This document shows positions 1 through 11,640 of a DNA stretch of 36,437 bases, one piece after another. The stretch's first letter is position 1. Each line of letters opens with the position of its first letter. The translations under genes and the position numbers were made by a program. Under the pieces are notes generated by a model, which was given only the letters and a program-made list of their open reading frames with translations, searched no databases and was not told where the DNA came from. The stretch spans positions 87,456,718 to 87,493,154 of the forward strand of contig NC_068987.1 of NCBI RefSeq assembly GCF_001194135.2. Direction: 5' to 3'. Source of the DNA: Octopus bimaculoides (taxonomy: Eukaryota).

Positions 1-534
1 ATCCAGAATATATTCAATGCTGAATTTTTTTCCATTTCTTTACACGAGTACCGAGAACAACTCAGAAAGATTCCCGCTTTTTTACCGATGTATGTGGATG
101 AACATCATTCTCTTTGCTGGACCGGATACATGCGTGTTCGTTTTGGTAAGGTGAGGATTCTGTTTATTCGTATATGTTGATACTATACTATGCTGACGAA
201 CGGAAACTAGATTTAATTCTGGTAATCGTGAAATCGGTCGATACATAGTTGAGTTTATTTTTAAAAAAATGTCGGTTTCTTTCAAAAGTTGTTTTCCTCG
301 CATTCGGTGGTACTAAAATGTGTTTATTTGGGAAGTCTAGTGTGTGGCATTATTCTCTAGTAATGCCCTTTATATATATATATAAATGTATACATATATG
401 CATATATGGGTACAGGACATCACAAAAACGTTAAACACAATAAGAAACGAAAGCATAAAAACGAAAACGAGCATTTTTCGAACAACGAAAGAAACAAACA
501 AGAAACAAGACATGCAATATATAGAATTAACAGA

Positions 535-589
<55 letters not shown>

Positions 590-713
590 GTACAAGGTGT
601 GATGAATAAACTGCCGTTTAAATTACGCAAAAATGAAAATAACACTGACATCTTATTTTAACATATATTTACCAAAATTACATAAAAATATTTTCAAATA
701 CTAAAGAGTAAAT

Positions 714-890
714 TTATTCAATAAAATCACCATTGGCTTCAACCACAGCCTCCAGACAACTTCGGAATCTCCTGCAACTCCTGGACGGCCTCCTTGTTTA
801 AGCTGGTGAATGCTGCCATAGTCATTACCTTCAGTTCATCTTTGGTATTACAAGGAGTTTTGTTGGTCTCTCACTCATCTGCGCCCTACA
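714..890 (-). mobile_element. Degraded Tc1/mariner (DD37D/maT-like) transposase C-terminal fragment
   Basis: Manual minus-strand translation gives ETNKTPCNTKDELKVMTMAAFTSLNKEAVQ, a frameshift, then CRRFRSCLEAVVEANGDFIE*. This matches the typical mariner-family C-terminus. Stops and a frameshift are present. Confidence 0.7.
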
Positions 891-1100
891 CGGCACATGT
901 TTTGGAGACACGGCAAGCCAACGATTTTCCAACATTGTTTTCCAACCGTACGTTAGCGATTCAGTTAAAGTAATCGATAGAGTAAATATCAAGCTTTGAT
1001 AAAATAAGTACTGAAGTCTACTATTTGTTTATAAGTGATCTTCTGAATGCGGTACTCCAGCCTGGGCGCAGTCCATGATACAAATAAAAGATAGAATATT

Positions 1101-1375
1101 CTTCTCTACTCTAGGCACAATGCCCGAAATTTGTGGGGAGGGGGCCAGTCGATTAGATCAACCGTAGTACGCAACTGGTACTTAATGTATCGATCCCGAA
1201 AGGATGAAAGGCAAGGTCGACCTCGGCGGAATTTGAACTCAGAACGTAACGGCAGACGCTAAGCATTCGCTAAGCATTCGCTAAGCATTCGCTAAGCATT
1301 CGCTAAGCATTCGCTAAGCATTCGCTAAGCATTTCGCCCGGCGTGCTAATGTTTCTGCCACCTCGTCGCCGCCTT
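1101..1375 (-). mobile_element. tRNA-derived SINE, family B, with an internal 11-bp tandem expansion
   Basis: Reverse complement of the recurrent unit GGCGGCGAGCTGGCAGAAACGTTAGC...TTCTGAGTTCAAATTCCGCCGAGGTCGAC, seen more than 12 times in the window. It has a B-box-like GAGTTCAAATTCC. Confidence 0.85.
1258..1334 (+). repeat. Tandem repeat (GCTAAGCATTC) x7
   Basis: Six perfect 11-mers plus one ending TTT, with no spacers. Confidence 0.95.
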
Positions 1376-1485
1376 CAATAGATAAAATATTAAAGGAGCT
1401 ACTACGTAGCAGCTCAACCCGCTAAAAGTAGCTAACTTGTCCTCTTTAGATCGGATAACTGAGTCTTCAATATGATATGATGAAA

Positions 1486-1620
1486 GTCGGTGAGCCGGCA
1501 GAAACGTTTGCATGCCGAGCAAAATGCTTAGCGGCATTTCGTCTGTGTTTACGTTCTGAGTTCAAATCGGCTTACTTTCTACTCTCTCGAAATTGCTGGC
1601 CTTGTGCCAAAATTTGAAAC
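1486..1620 (+). mobile_element. SINE family B, degenerate and internally deleted
   Basis: GAGCCGGCAGAAACGTT...ATGCTTAGCGGCATTTCGTCTG...TTCTGAGTTCAAAT, plus the 3' tail GGCCTTGTGCCAAAATTTGAAAC. Confidence 0.7.
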
Positions 1621-1859
1621 TGATATGATTCGACAAAAAGAAAAAAGCAATTAGAACGAAGCACGAAACGGTGACAGATAGAACGTCTAATGGACGATAA
1701 AATCTCATGAAAGAAAACCATAATAATTTAACGTCAATAAATCATTTAGTGAAATATGAATCAGAAAAAATCTGAAGTGATGTTTTTGCACGACATGACA
1801 AGCATCCTTCCTCCTCACCCTCCCTTCCTATCACTCCGCCTCCCTATCACCCTCCCTCT

Positions 1860-2070
1860 ATCCATTTTCTCCGTACACTATTCTGGAGTGTCGTGCGGGT
1901 AGAATCCTAGTGCACCTTCTGCATAGGGTCTCCTCGAAAGCAGCCGCCATTACACTTTCCGGCTGGTTTCGCAAATAACCAACAAGAACTGTGGGTATTA
2001 TCCAACCATCTCGTTGTTCTGGTCCACTTTTGGGTCTCCTACCGGTTGACTCGGTTCGAAACATCTGTCT
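1860..2070 (-). mobile_element. Possible RTE-type LINE 3' ORF-end remnant
   Basis: Across frameshifts it reads TGRRPKSGP..RTRWLDN, resembling the RPRGRPxxRWxD motif at the end of RTE ORFs. Confidence 0.4.
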
Positions 2071-2238
2071 TGCAACAAATATGTAACCTTATAGACAGAC
2101 AACACACGCATGCGTGCACACGATCACAGAAAATCTCTTGTAAAGGAAATGTAAATCACAATAAACCATAAACAGGAAAAACTTGAATTGTCACCCTCTC
2201 ATCATTTCTCTTAAAAGCTTAGTTCTGCAAAAGATATA

Positions 2239-2402
2239 CCGTATTTTAACATCTTTAAGGAATCCCTTTTCCTCAAAAATTAAGTTTAAAAATATGGGAG
2301 TTTCTTATACATGGATATTATAATCCCTTACAAAACCCTTTTTCCAAATTTTAAGCCTCCTCCTACCAAATTAGGGGGTTCCTTATACACGTTAAAATAT
2401 GG
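2239..2402. mobile_element. MITE with Tc2/pogo-like TIRs and flanking TA
   Basis: Left end TA-CCGTATTTTAACATCTTTAAGGA. The right end reverse-complements to TA-CCATATTTTAACGTGTATAAGGA. TA on both sides (2237-2238, 2403-2404); 164 bp; no ORF. Confidence 0.75.
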
Positions 2403-2477
2403 TAACTGACAAACTTATTCATAAATGAATTAAACAACAACAATCAAAATAACCAATACACAAAAGAATAAAATCTG

Positions 2478-2870
2478 AGGAGTGGCTGTGTGGTAAGTAG
2501 CTTGCTTACCAACCACATGGTTCTGGGTTCTGTCCCACTGCGTGGCGCTTTGGGCAAGTGTCTTGTACTATAGTCTCGGGTCAACCACAGTCTTGTGAGT
2601 GGATTTGGTAGACGGAAACTGAAAGAAGCCCGTCGTATATATTATATATATATATATGTATATGTTTGTGTGTCTGTGTTTGTCCCCCCCCGCACTGTCG
2701 CTTGGCAAACGATGTTGGTGTGTTTACGTCCCCGTAACATAGCGGTTTGGCATAAGAGATCGATAGAATAAGTACTAGGCTTACAAAGAATAAGTCCTGG
2801 GGTCAGTTTGTTCGACTGAAGGCGGTGCTCCAGCATGGCCGTAGTCAAATGACTGAAATAAGTAAAAGAA
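2478..2870 (+). mobile_element. tRNA-derived SINE, family A (two halves with an internal microsatellite)
   Basis: Head GGAGTGGCTGTGTGGTAAGTAGC...GGGTTC, central (TA/TG)n, tail GCTCCAGCATGGCCG.AGTCAAATGACTGAAA. Many copies in the window. Confidence 0.9.
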
Positions 2871-3009
2871 AACATAGAAATCATAGATATTCAGATAATA
2901 ATAGGAAGCAGGTTAGCATAAATGTATACGTATCACGTTTAACTTCACCGACTGTTGTACCATGTTAATCACAGAAGTTATATCAACCTCACACTCTCCC
3001 AAACGCTAA

Positions 3010-3430
3010 ACTTTGGGGAATGACTTCAATGGATGAAACAAATGCTGGTATAGAAACAGTATAGATGACAAGAACTAACCGAGTAAGATCACATACTCCA
3101 TATGTCACCTTCCGAACCCTACATTTAATCACCGCCGTCACAACAGTCCCACAAATGTCCTTGTCATCACGACTTTCACATCAATGAGCAAAATAAAAAT
3201 ACTTTCATAAAATTTAAGAAAATCCAGAGAACAACCTAACATCATCTCAAATACCAGCATCTCTACTGTATTACATTTATTCAACAATATAATTACGAAG
3301 GCTTTCAAATGTCTCATCAAACAATATAAAAATACCAGCCAAATTACATTAGTAAAATGCTCAGCCTGTTTAAAATATTACAGCAACACCACAAGGGACA
3401 TAAATAAAAATCGGCATCAAGAAATAAGGA
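3010..3430 (+). mobile_element. Possible LINE AP-endonuclease remnant
   Basis: NDFNG*NKCWY at ~3019-3050 resembles GDFNxHxxxW, followed by a PTF motif. Heavily decayed. Confidence 0.3.
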
Positions 3431-4289
3431 CATAATGGAGAAGATAAATAAATTTAAAACCGATTCAAATGTGTCTGAAGGATATTTGAATTTGTAAAGT
3501 TTTTCACTGCATTTCGTTGTTAAGAAAACATTCTCATTTAGGATCAAGTGCTAAAAGATTACAGTTAGGTCAGAGTGCTTCCTGTTAGACTGATGGGTGC
3601 ATTTCGAACTCCTTTGTTCTCTTCAGTACCAGATTCCAACTGAGCAATTCCGAGCTGTTTAGAAAGTTTGCTTACTAAACAGCTCAAAGAGCTCTGAAGT
3701 ATAAATATTACCTACCGATTGCACGCACAGCTTGGCAAGCCGGGACAAAAACGTGAGCAGATACACGAATAAGTAGCGAAAATTTAAGATTAGTTCAGAT
3801 ATGTTTCAGACATATCGTGAAAAGCTTTTACAGGTTGAAATATCTCTAAAAAACTTTTGAACTGGTCTTAAGTTTGTTTAATTTTCCCTCATTGCTTCGT
3901 GCATCTAGTCACGGATTGGTTCCGGCTTGGAGAATATAAACCACAGAAAAACAAAACTAATGGACAACATAAATCACGAAGCAAATATCAAAATACTATA
4001 CAGAATAATTGCTATAGTCAACAACTCCAACAATGGCCAAGCCATCACGTTACATATCATAATAGAAACCATTTTCAAGATGCCCCCCCACACACGCACA
4101 AGGAAAAAAATATATACAAGATACAAAATATAGAATTCACAGCAAGATCATGATTCCAGTTACTTCCTTTTATGAGAAATAAGAAAAATTCTGTTGAGTA
4201 ATCCCAAAACTCAAAACAAGAATAAAATAATTGGGGTGTGAAAAAATAATCACATCACCAGCATCTTAAACTACTCTTACCAAGTTTAC

Positions 4290-4620
4290 TAAACCCTACA
4301 AAAGTAACCATTAGCGTCGTAATTTTTAAACCCCAACAAGCTGCAGGGAAGTAGCTCCACACAGATCCATTACATACTCAAATATTTTAGAATGATTTAA
4401 GGTTGATATCACTAAACAATATATTCTTTCCCCAAATCACATGTTTTCGTTTTCAAGCCAGGACATTCAAACGTCACGTTTCTCATAAACTATATAGGAA
4501 AATATATGACGGTTCAAACAAAACCATTACACGCATCATTCTACAAATCGTTGATACAAGAAAAAAGCTTTCGAATCCATCCATTACAACCTATTTATCG
4601 GCATTCTAACAAACCAAACA
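4290..4620 (+). mobile_element. LINE reverse transcriptase remnant, N-terminal half
   Basis: VVIFKPQQ resembles IPILKPGK; NNIFFPQITCFR resembles a QxGFR block; after a frameshift, KAFESIHYNL at ~4564 resembles KAFDSVxH. Confidence 0.5.
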
Positions 4621-5189
4621 AAACGTTTCAGCTAACAAAGAAGCCTATTCGTGGGTTCTAGAACTTGCGAAAATCTTTCTAAATCACACAGTTATTCATG
4701 AGAAAGGAAAAGAAGAGTCATATTGGAATAATGTACCCTAAGTACCCGAAAAAAGGCGCGGGCACACCACACACACACACACATTGGTGTTGGCTGGAAC
4801 ACTTTTCCTCATAAGACTGCTAATTCAGGGTTGACCTGGATTTAAGTACCACCGATAACAGCACACAAAAAAAAAAGAAACTCATTATTAAACAAAATTT
4901 CAGCTGGAAATCCTGTTCTGTACACATGAGCGTCTCAGAAAATTAGAATATTATGAAAAGAGAAAGAATTTTAAACAAAGTTGTTTCTTATAAATAACAA
5001 AATATCAATAATATTTTCATTTCGGTTTGTAGACAATCTCATTAATTTCTTGAATAATCTACTGAAGGATAAGTGTAATATTGGAAAGTTTTTAAATTTT
5101 CTGCTTCAGTTAATACTTTGATATAATTCTTATTACATAATTTTTTTGGAAAGAAAACGCTGGTGCTGGAGTCATGGTCATCACCCATG

Positions 5190-5734
5190 TTCTATCTTTT
5201 GTCCAAATGAACATTTTTCATATATTTTACTAAGAGGCTAAAAACTGCAGAATATATTTTCTGAAGAACCTGGCTCTTTCCAGAGTCCTTTGTCGAAGCT
5301 TCTTATTCGAGTGTCATTTGGACGAACATCGAGTTGGATTTTTGCATTTATGGTTTGGGATGCCATGTCGTATGTATGGCTCTCAGAGTCAGCCTCAAAT
5401 AGCGGTCTATTGGAGCATTCATGTCTACATTAGATGAGAGCTATTTTACTGATGCGAATTTTCTATTTCTGCAAGGTTTGGTATATGCATGACCATAAAA
5501 CCAAAACAATGACTGTTTGCTCAACGATTCCTCTCATCATCTCACTCACTTGACCGGCTGAAATATCATGTAATCAACTTATTGAGTATATATACAAACG
5601 CATGGTGGCTAACGTTTCGAAATCGAGAAAATCTGAACTTCCATAACATTTGAGCGCTGTCATTGATCGATATCCTCTATGCCAAACATATGCAGGCAAT
5701 CATTGAAACCAAAGTTGCTCCGACCTATTACTAA
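5190..5734 (+). mobile_element. Degraded Tc1-like transposase
   Basis: Ordered motifs IFSEE (cf. FSDE), FMVWDAMSY (cf. VMVWG), NFLFLQ (cf. FQQDN), *PA (cf. WPA-SPD) and terminal MQAIIETKVAPTYY* (cf. AVIxAKGGxTKY*). Multiple stops and frameshifts. Confidence 0.55.
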
Positions 5735-5979
5735 CTGACATACCCTTCTGTTCTGTTAAAATTTTTGATTAACTTACTCTGTTGATTGATGTTTCGGATG
5801 TTTTGTATTACATTCCAACAATTTGAGATGTTGTGCGTTTAATTATGAACCATAAAGTTTAGCTTTTTAAAAACAACGACTAGTAATAGATCCGTCCAGA
5901 TTTATTGAGTCTGATATGGATGGGGTTCTTGACGGCTTCATTTAAACAATAACAAATAATTTGTTTGTGCTAAATATTC

Positions 5980-6300
5980 TGATTGTTCCTGAGGCGTAGC
6001 TATACGATAAAAACTCAGCCAGGATTTGGAATTTACCGAATGAAGTACCACAGAGATACATCCTTCCAAGAACTCATTTAATCTTGCATCTACAGAAAAC
6101 CCAAATCAACATACAGTCTTATACACAGATGACATCATATTAGTTATTCACATCACTTCTCAGTCACATCTGCACAACTTCGTCAAATCTGTCAAATCTA
6201 CATCAACTGCACTACATGGAAACTGACTCCAAACCATCAAACATTCGATAAAATATGGCAAATGTACCGATTTCCTCCTTATCAGTAAATTCAGATAATA
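5980..6300 (+). mobile_element. LINE reverse transcriptase remnant, C-terminal half
   Basis: FLRRSY, EVPQRYIL (cf. GVPQGSIL), VLYTDDII (cf. YADD; codons 6122-6133) and WKLTPN occur in canonical order. Confidence 0.6.
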
Positions 6301-6711
6301 TCATTTACAACCAAGCAGTGTTCTCAACATTATAAATGGCGAAAGAAAAACACACTAGAAATTACACACAATACGTCTATAGCATTCAGAGCACAAACAA
6401 GTATTGAAGAAAAGAAGGCAAAACAGCACAAACCGTTTTGCTTATTAACGTCAACATTTGTGTACAGGCGTAGGCATGTCAGTGCGGTTAAGTAGTTCGT
6501 TTTGAGGTTCAATTCCACTGCACGGCACCTTATGTGTAAATTTGGCAGGCTATGTGAAAAATTATGTGAAAACTCGTCCTATATATATATATGCATATAT
6601 ATATATATATATAAATATATATGTAGAAGGTTGAAAAGGAACACACGAGTTGATATATATGGAAAGAAAGTCAAGGTATAAAATGCTAAAATAATTTTAT
6701 AAAAAGCATTT

Positions 6712-6747
6712 CAGTACCGGTTTCAGTCATTGAGACCTTTTCAACTG
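6712..6747 (-). ncRNA. Degenerate Penelope-type hammerhead ribozyme motif
   Basis: Minus strand reads CAG-TTGAAAA-GGTC-TCAAT-GACT-GAAA-CCGG-TA-CTG. All three stems pair, but the core has two substitutions relative to CTGANGA. Confidence 0.45.
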
Positions 6748-6893
6748 TAAGTATGGAAAATAATTAAATTTTGGAAAAAATTAAAAGAAAAGTGTTTTAA
6801 AAGAATATTTGCATAGTATTCAAATACAAGGGGCATTTTCTTTGTTTCTGCCTGTCTCTGTCTCTCTTGTTTGATCTTGTGGGNNNNNNNNNN

Positions 6894-6992
6894 AGAAGAA
6901 GAAGAAGAAGAAGAAGAAGAAGAAGAAGAAGAAGAAGAAGAAGAAGAAGAAGAAGAAGAAGAAGAAGAAGAAGAAGAAGAAGAAGAAGAAGA
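6894..6992 (+). repeat. (GAA)n microsatellite next to a gap
   Basis: About 33 GAA units directly visible. Confidence 0.97.
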
Positions 6993-8024
6993 ATGCAGGA
7001 GTGCTACGATAGTAGTAGGATATTAAATGGTCAAGTGCCCTGAAAGTGACTTGTGGATGGTAGCAGTGATTGAATTCTTGAGATAACTCTTTTGAATGTA
7101 TTGTTTATAATATTTGCGTAGGTGTTATTCTGAATAGCAGTAGTAGTAATAAAGTAAAGAAGGAGGTGAAGTGACCTAAGAATGGCTCGTTGTGGATTGT
7201 ATCATTTTTTATATTTGCGTGTGTGTTATTCTTATGCCGTGGTGGAGATGTCGTTTGTTGTAGATGCGTTCAAAAGGGGTCTGTATTTTGTAATAAAAGA
7301 GTCTCTTTACTAATTCGTTGGCTACAGGTTGTATCGTCCCTGAATTGGTAGAGGGGAAAAATTCTAAAGCTTGGATTTTTGTTATTGGCGCAAATGTCGA
7401 TGTGTTTGGCTGAATGCTATTTTTCTGTTTTGGGGAATTTTGATCTGTGCAGAGCCACCCTTTGACGTAGACTGTTTTTTGTTTGGCCTATGTATTGCTT
7501 TTGACACCCAGAGCAGGTTAGTGCGTATATCAGGTTCTCCGAAGCATATGTGAAGCTGCTTTTCACTGTGAAGCTGCTTTTCACTGTGAAGCGTTGTCCC
7601 TGTTTGAAGGAGAACTCTGATCCCTCAATTAAATTGACGCATATCCCACAGTTGGGTCTTCCACATTTTTTTTACTAACGGATTCAGTGTTGTTGTTGAG
7701 CGTGTTCGGGCTTCTGTTAGGAGACTTTTCATAGATTTGGGCTGTCTCTTGCTTTTTACAATGGTGTGTCTTTGGAGGATTGAGTTCATTCTGTGGTCCT
7801 TTCTTAGCAGGGAAATATTTTGAAGGATGGTGTCGAAGGCTTCATTGTTAAGAGGGCTGTGTGTGGAGATGTATGGTAGGGCTTTTGGTTGTAAATCCTT
7901 CTTTAACTTGGGATGTCTGAGTTCGTGGATGTTGAGTTGTAAAGCACGTTGAAAGCATATGTCAAGGTGGGTAGTTGCTGGTGATGAGTGTATGCTTTAG
8001 TTCATGTAGTCGTGTGTCCCTGGT
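6993..8024 (-). mobile_element. Penelope-like retroelement (Neptune-like): RT C-terminus, zinc linker, GIY-YIG endonuclease and 3' flank
   Basis: Minus-strand translation: RDTRLHELKHTLITSNYPP..LPYISTHSP..IVKSKRQPKSMKSLL..[frameshift]CGRPNCGIC..NLIYALTCSGCQKQYIGQTKNSLRQRVALHRS..[frameshift]FITKYRPLLN..* (stop 7232-7234). The CxxxxCxxC linker and the IY..CxxC..YIGQT block are Neptune-like. Confidence 0.85.
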
Positions 8025-8110
8025 GCCTCGAACCGATCAAAGCCTTGTGAGTAAATTTGGTAGACGGAAACTGAAAGAAGCCCGTCATGTGTGTGTGTGT
8101 GCGTGTGTGT
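8025..8110 (+). mobile_element. SINE family A fragment plus (GT/GC)n
   Basis: AAGCCTTGTGAGT..ATTTGGTAGACGGAAACTGAAAGAAGCCCGTC matches the family A middle block and truncates the Penelope-like element. Confidence 0.8.
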
Positions 8111-8483
8111 GTGCGTGCGTGCGCGTTCCCTATCATAGCTTGAGAACAACTGATGGAATATTTAATTTAAAATTAACACATCAATCAAGCGTTTCTCCAA
8201 AGCCAGTTCCATCAATTGAGTTATGTATGATACTTAGAAAGCTGCATCTTGAAGAACTGTTCACTAATGGAATTACAGCTCCTCTTTGAATATTTTTGCT
8301 TAGAGTAAAAGCTGCAAAAGCTGAAATATTTTTCTGTGTATTTGACTTATTATGTAACGAGATCGATATTATAAGCCCAATGATGCTTCAAAATAGGTTA
8401 TTTGATCTACCGATTTTAGCAGTCGATACTCCCTTGCTTGTAAACTTAATTATCATCCTCAAATTGATGTCTTTAAGGCGGCA

Positions 8484-8672
8484 AGCTGGGAGAATTGATA
8501 GCACGTCGGACAAAATGCTTAGCAGAACTTCTTCCGAGTTTTTCACGTCCTGAGTTCAAATCCCACCGATGTCGACTTTGCTTTTCATCTTCCTGAGTTT
8601 GATAAAATAGACAAGTCAACTATTGAGGTCAATATAATCAACTTGACTCCTTCCCTCAGAACTGCTAGCCTT
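8484..8672 (+). mobile_element. SINE family B, diverged
   Basis: AAGCTGGGAGAAT..AAAATGCTTAGC..CTGAGTTCAAATCCC..GTCGACTTTGC. Confidence 0.7.
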
Positions 8673-9224
8673 TAACCCTGCGACGGACTGGCATCCTGTT
8701 CAAAGGGAACGTTATGATCTCGGTCCCTTATACGCCATACAAACTGCGTAACCCACTGTGTAACCAAACTGAATCCTAGAGCAAGAAAAATAAAACACGA
8801 CGAAAATTCGCTGTCCTTACTCGATGCCAGGCTAGAAGAGCTCCCTGCATTTTGCAATCAAAATCCCCCAAGGTCAACTTCGCATCTCATCAGTTTAGAA
8901 GTCAATATATAAGGTACCATTCCAGTATTGAGGTCGATTCTACTTTTCTGCATCTTTGGAAAATAGTGGCCGTGTTTCACCTGGAGAGATATAAGCTTAG
9001 AATGCCCAAGACACGCCGCAAGGCACGACCGTGCCATTACGAAATCGAGGGTCCAAGGTCGACAAAGCCCAGGGCAACGATTTGATAGGATGGTGTTGTA
9101 ATATATTTACGCATGCTGTTTACATTAGAAGCATATATGTTTCATTATAGAAACCTCGGAGGATATAAAATAACTCGTTTTGACAGGAACTCGAAGTAGA
9201 TGAAGCTATAAACAACGGTTTGAA

Positions 9225-9392
9225 ATTTTGGCATAAGACCAGTAATTGTAAGGGAAGGGACAAGCCGATTACATCGGCTCCTGAGCTCAACAGGTCCTTA
9301 TTTTATCCATCCCTTGAACTCAGATCATAAAGCCAGAAGGAATGCCGCTAAATATTTTATCGGGCGCGCTAACGATTCTGCCAGTTCACAGC
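9225..9392 (-). mobile_element. SINE family B, diverged
   Basis: TTGAACTCAGA..GCCGCTAA..GCGCTAACGATTCTGCCAG is the reverse complement of the family B head. Confidence 0.6.
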
Positions 9393-9658
9393 TTTAATGA
9401 CGATAGAAATAACAGCATGTAGAATATTGTGTCTAAAACCCTTGCATAAAATACTTCAAGGCTAGCCTTTAGCTTCTTTTTATCCAATGTGTTTTTATAA
9501 CCCAATATTCTAGATGCTATAATTTATAGCTTTATCTACTTCGAGTTCCACCGTTAGAATTGTAATATATTTACGTATGTTATTCGGGGCTCATCCACTG
9601 GCCACACTGTTGGCCTTCCTCTAAGGAATGCTACACTTCTTTGAAACAATGAACAATA

Positions 9659-9830
9659 GGCGCAGGAGTGGTTTGTGTGGTAAGTAGCTTGCTTACCAGC
9701 CATATGGTTCCGGGTTCATTCCCACTGCGTGGCACCTTGGGCAAGTGTCTTCTACTATAGCCCCGAGCCGACCAAAGCCTTGTGAGTGGATGTGGTAGAC
9801 GGAAACTGAAAGAAGCCATTCGTATATATG

Positions 9831-9882
<52 letters not shown>

Positions 9883-10070
9883 TCCCTCCAACATCGCTTG
9901 ACAACTGATGCTGGTGTGTTTACGTCTTCGTAACTTAGCGGTTCGGCAAAAGAGACTGATAGAATAGGTACTAGGCTTACAAAGAATAAGTCCTGGGGTC
10001 GATTTGTTTGACTAAAGGTGGTGCTCCAGCATGGCCGCAGTCAAATGACTGAAACAAGTAAAAGAGTAAT
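9659..10070 (+). mobile_element. SINE family A, full length, with internal (GT)n
   Basis: Head GGCGCAGGAGTGG..GGTAAGTAGC..CCGGGTTC; tail GTCAAATGACTGAAACAAGTAAAAGAG. Confidence 0.92.
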
Positions 10071-10369
10071 GTCTTTGGGGATAGACATAAAATATACTTC
10101 GGAGATTGAGTACATCATGTATATTTCAAGACAAGGAATAACGCTAGAATAGCGTCATTGAAGACTTCATTAACTTTCTTATATAAAAATTATCCAAAAT
10201 AACAAATTATGCGAAATGATATACGACGGAAATGGTTAACTGCCCAACTCAGGCGAACATTTAATGTAAAATCAACCAGAAAAAGAACACAGAGACAACT
10301 GGGACTAAACTTAAATCTCCCTCGATCTGATTATAAATGTATTTTAGTCCTTGTAATGATTTGAATGCT

Positions 10370-10695
10370 CAGTGATTAGGGATTAACGGTATTCTGCTCA
10401 CAATCGCGAGTTCGATTTTCGGTGAACGTATGTCCTTGAGCAAGTCACTTTATTTCACATTGCTCCAATAGTTCATTCAACTGGTAAAAATGATTTGTTT
10501 GTACCTGTAATTCAAGTGGGACCAGTCTTGTCATATTCTGTGTCACACTGAATCTCCGTGAGAACTATGTTAAGAGTACGCATGTCTGTGGAGTGCTCAG
10601 CCACTTATATGTTAATTTCACGAGCAGTCTGTTTTCGCTGTACGGATCAACTAGAACCCTTGTCGTCGTAACCGACGGATTACCAGTGTTCGACC
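10370..10695 (+). mobile_element. SINE sharing the family C 3' domain
   Basis: GTACCTGTAATTCAAG..TCACACTGAATCTCC..GTGCTCAGCCACTT..GGATCAACTAGAACCC aligns with 20200-20388. Confidence 0.75.
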
Positions 10696-10971
10696 ATTTG
10701 GTAGCATCACTACATATTCAACCAATGATATTTTTTCAAAATTGGCCTTTTGGTGTTTTTGGAGGCAAAATTAATATCAGCTGATATGTTTTCAGTAAGA
10801 TTAATTTGTAAACAAACAGCGAAAGATCCGTGCTTTTTCAAAATTTCGTCATATCACGTAACACGGGGTTTATTGTCAAAATTCCGATGAATGAGATCTT
10901 TGTGTCTTGCATAACAGCAAGCTAATTCTTTACGGATGAAATTTAAAAAATAACAATTCTACGAACACTAA

Positions 10972-11010
<39 letters not shown>

Positions 11011-11271
11011 CGCAGTCTGTACTTAAGTTTGTGTCCTATAACTTAGAGGTTTGACAAACAGATTTTAGAAAATTCGTACTACACTTACGGGGTCAATATG
11101 GCCAACGAAAGAGTTGAGGCGATGCCCCAGTATGGCTGCAGTCTAATGATTCAAATCATTAAAAGAATAAAAGAAATAATGTATATTGTAATGCGTGTAC
11201 ATGTGTAAGGGGGAGCGCGAGAGGAAAGAGAGACAGAGAAAGAGAGAGAGAGAGAGAGGTGGGGGCAACTT

Positions 11272-11478
11272 CAAATTTTAATACAAGGCTAGCATTACGG
11301 TGAAGTGCGCAAGTCGATTGGATCGACCCCCAGTGTTCAATTGACACGTATTTTATCGACTCCAGAAGGACACAAGGCAAAGTCGACCTCAGCGGGATTT
11401 GAACTCAGAACGTATAGAGGGACGCAATGACGCTAAGCATTTTCCCAGTTGTGATAATTAATCCATCAACTCGTCGCC
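11272..11478 (-). mobile_element. SINE family B
   Basis: GGCAAAGTCGACCTCAGCGGGATTTGAACTCAGAACGTA. Confidence 0.75.
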
Positions 11479-11640
11479 TGGATGCCCTTGCTGTATTACG
11501 TTGTCTTCCATTGCAAACCCTATCAGTTCATCCCATCAAGAATAATAAAATTAGTAGCACCTGAAGCACGCTGCAGTCAAATCAATCAAGATAGCGTAAG
11601 CATTTAATGCAGTTTAGCAACAGAAGCCATATTAGAAATA

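Noticed and set aside
190-215. CTGACGA-ACG-GAAA-CTAG hammerhead-like boxes
   Set aside because: There is no stem II between the boxes and no pairing stem I.
1258-1334. CRISPR-like array
   Set aside because: The 11-bp units are contiguous with no spacers and lie inside a eukaryotic SINE; no cas genes are present.
3899-4153. Overlapping 84-aa and 68-aa ORFs as a host gene
   Set aside because: No recognisable motif in any frame; the region lies between LINE remnants.
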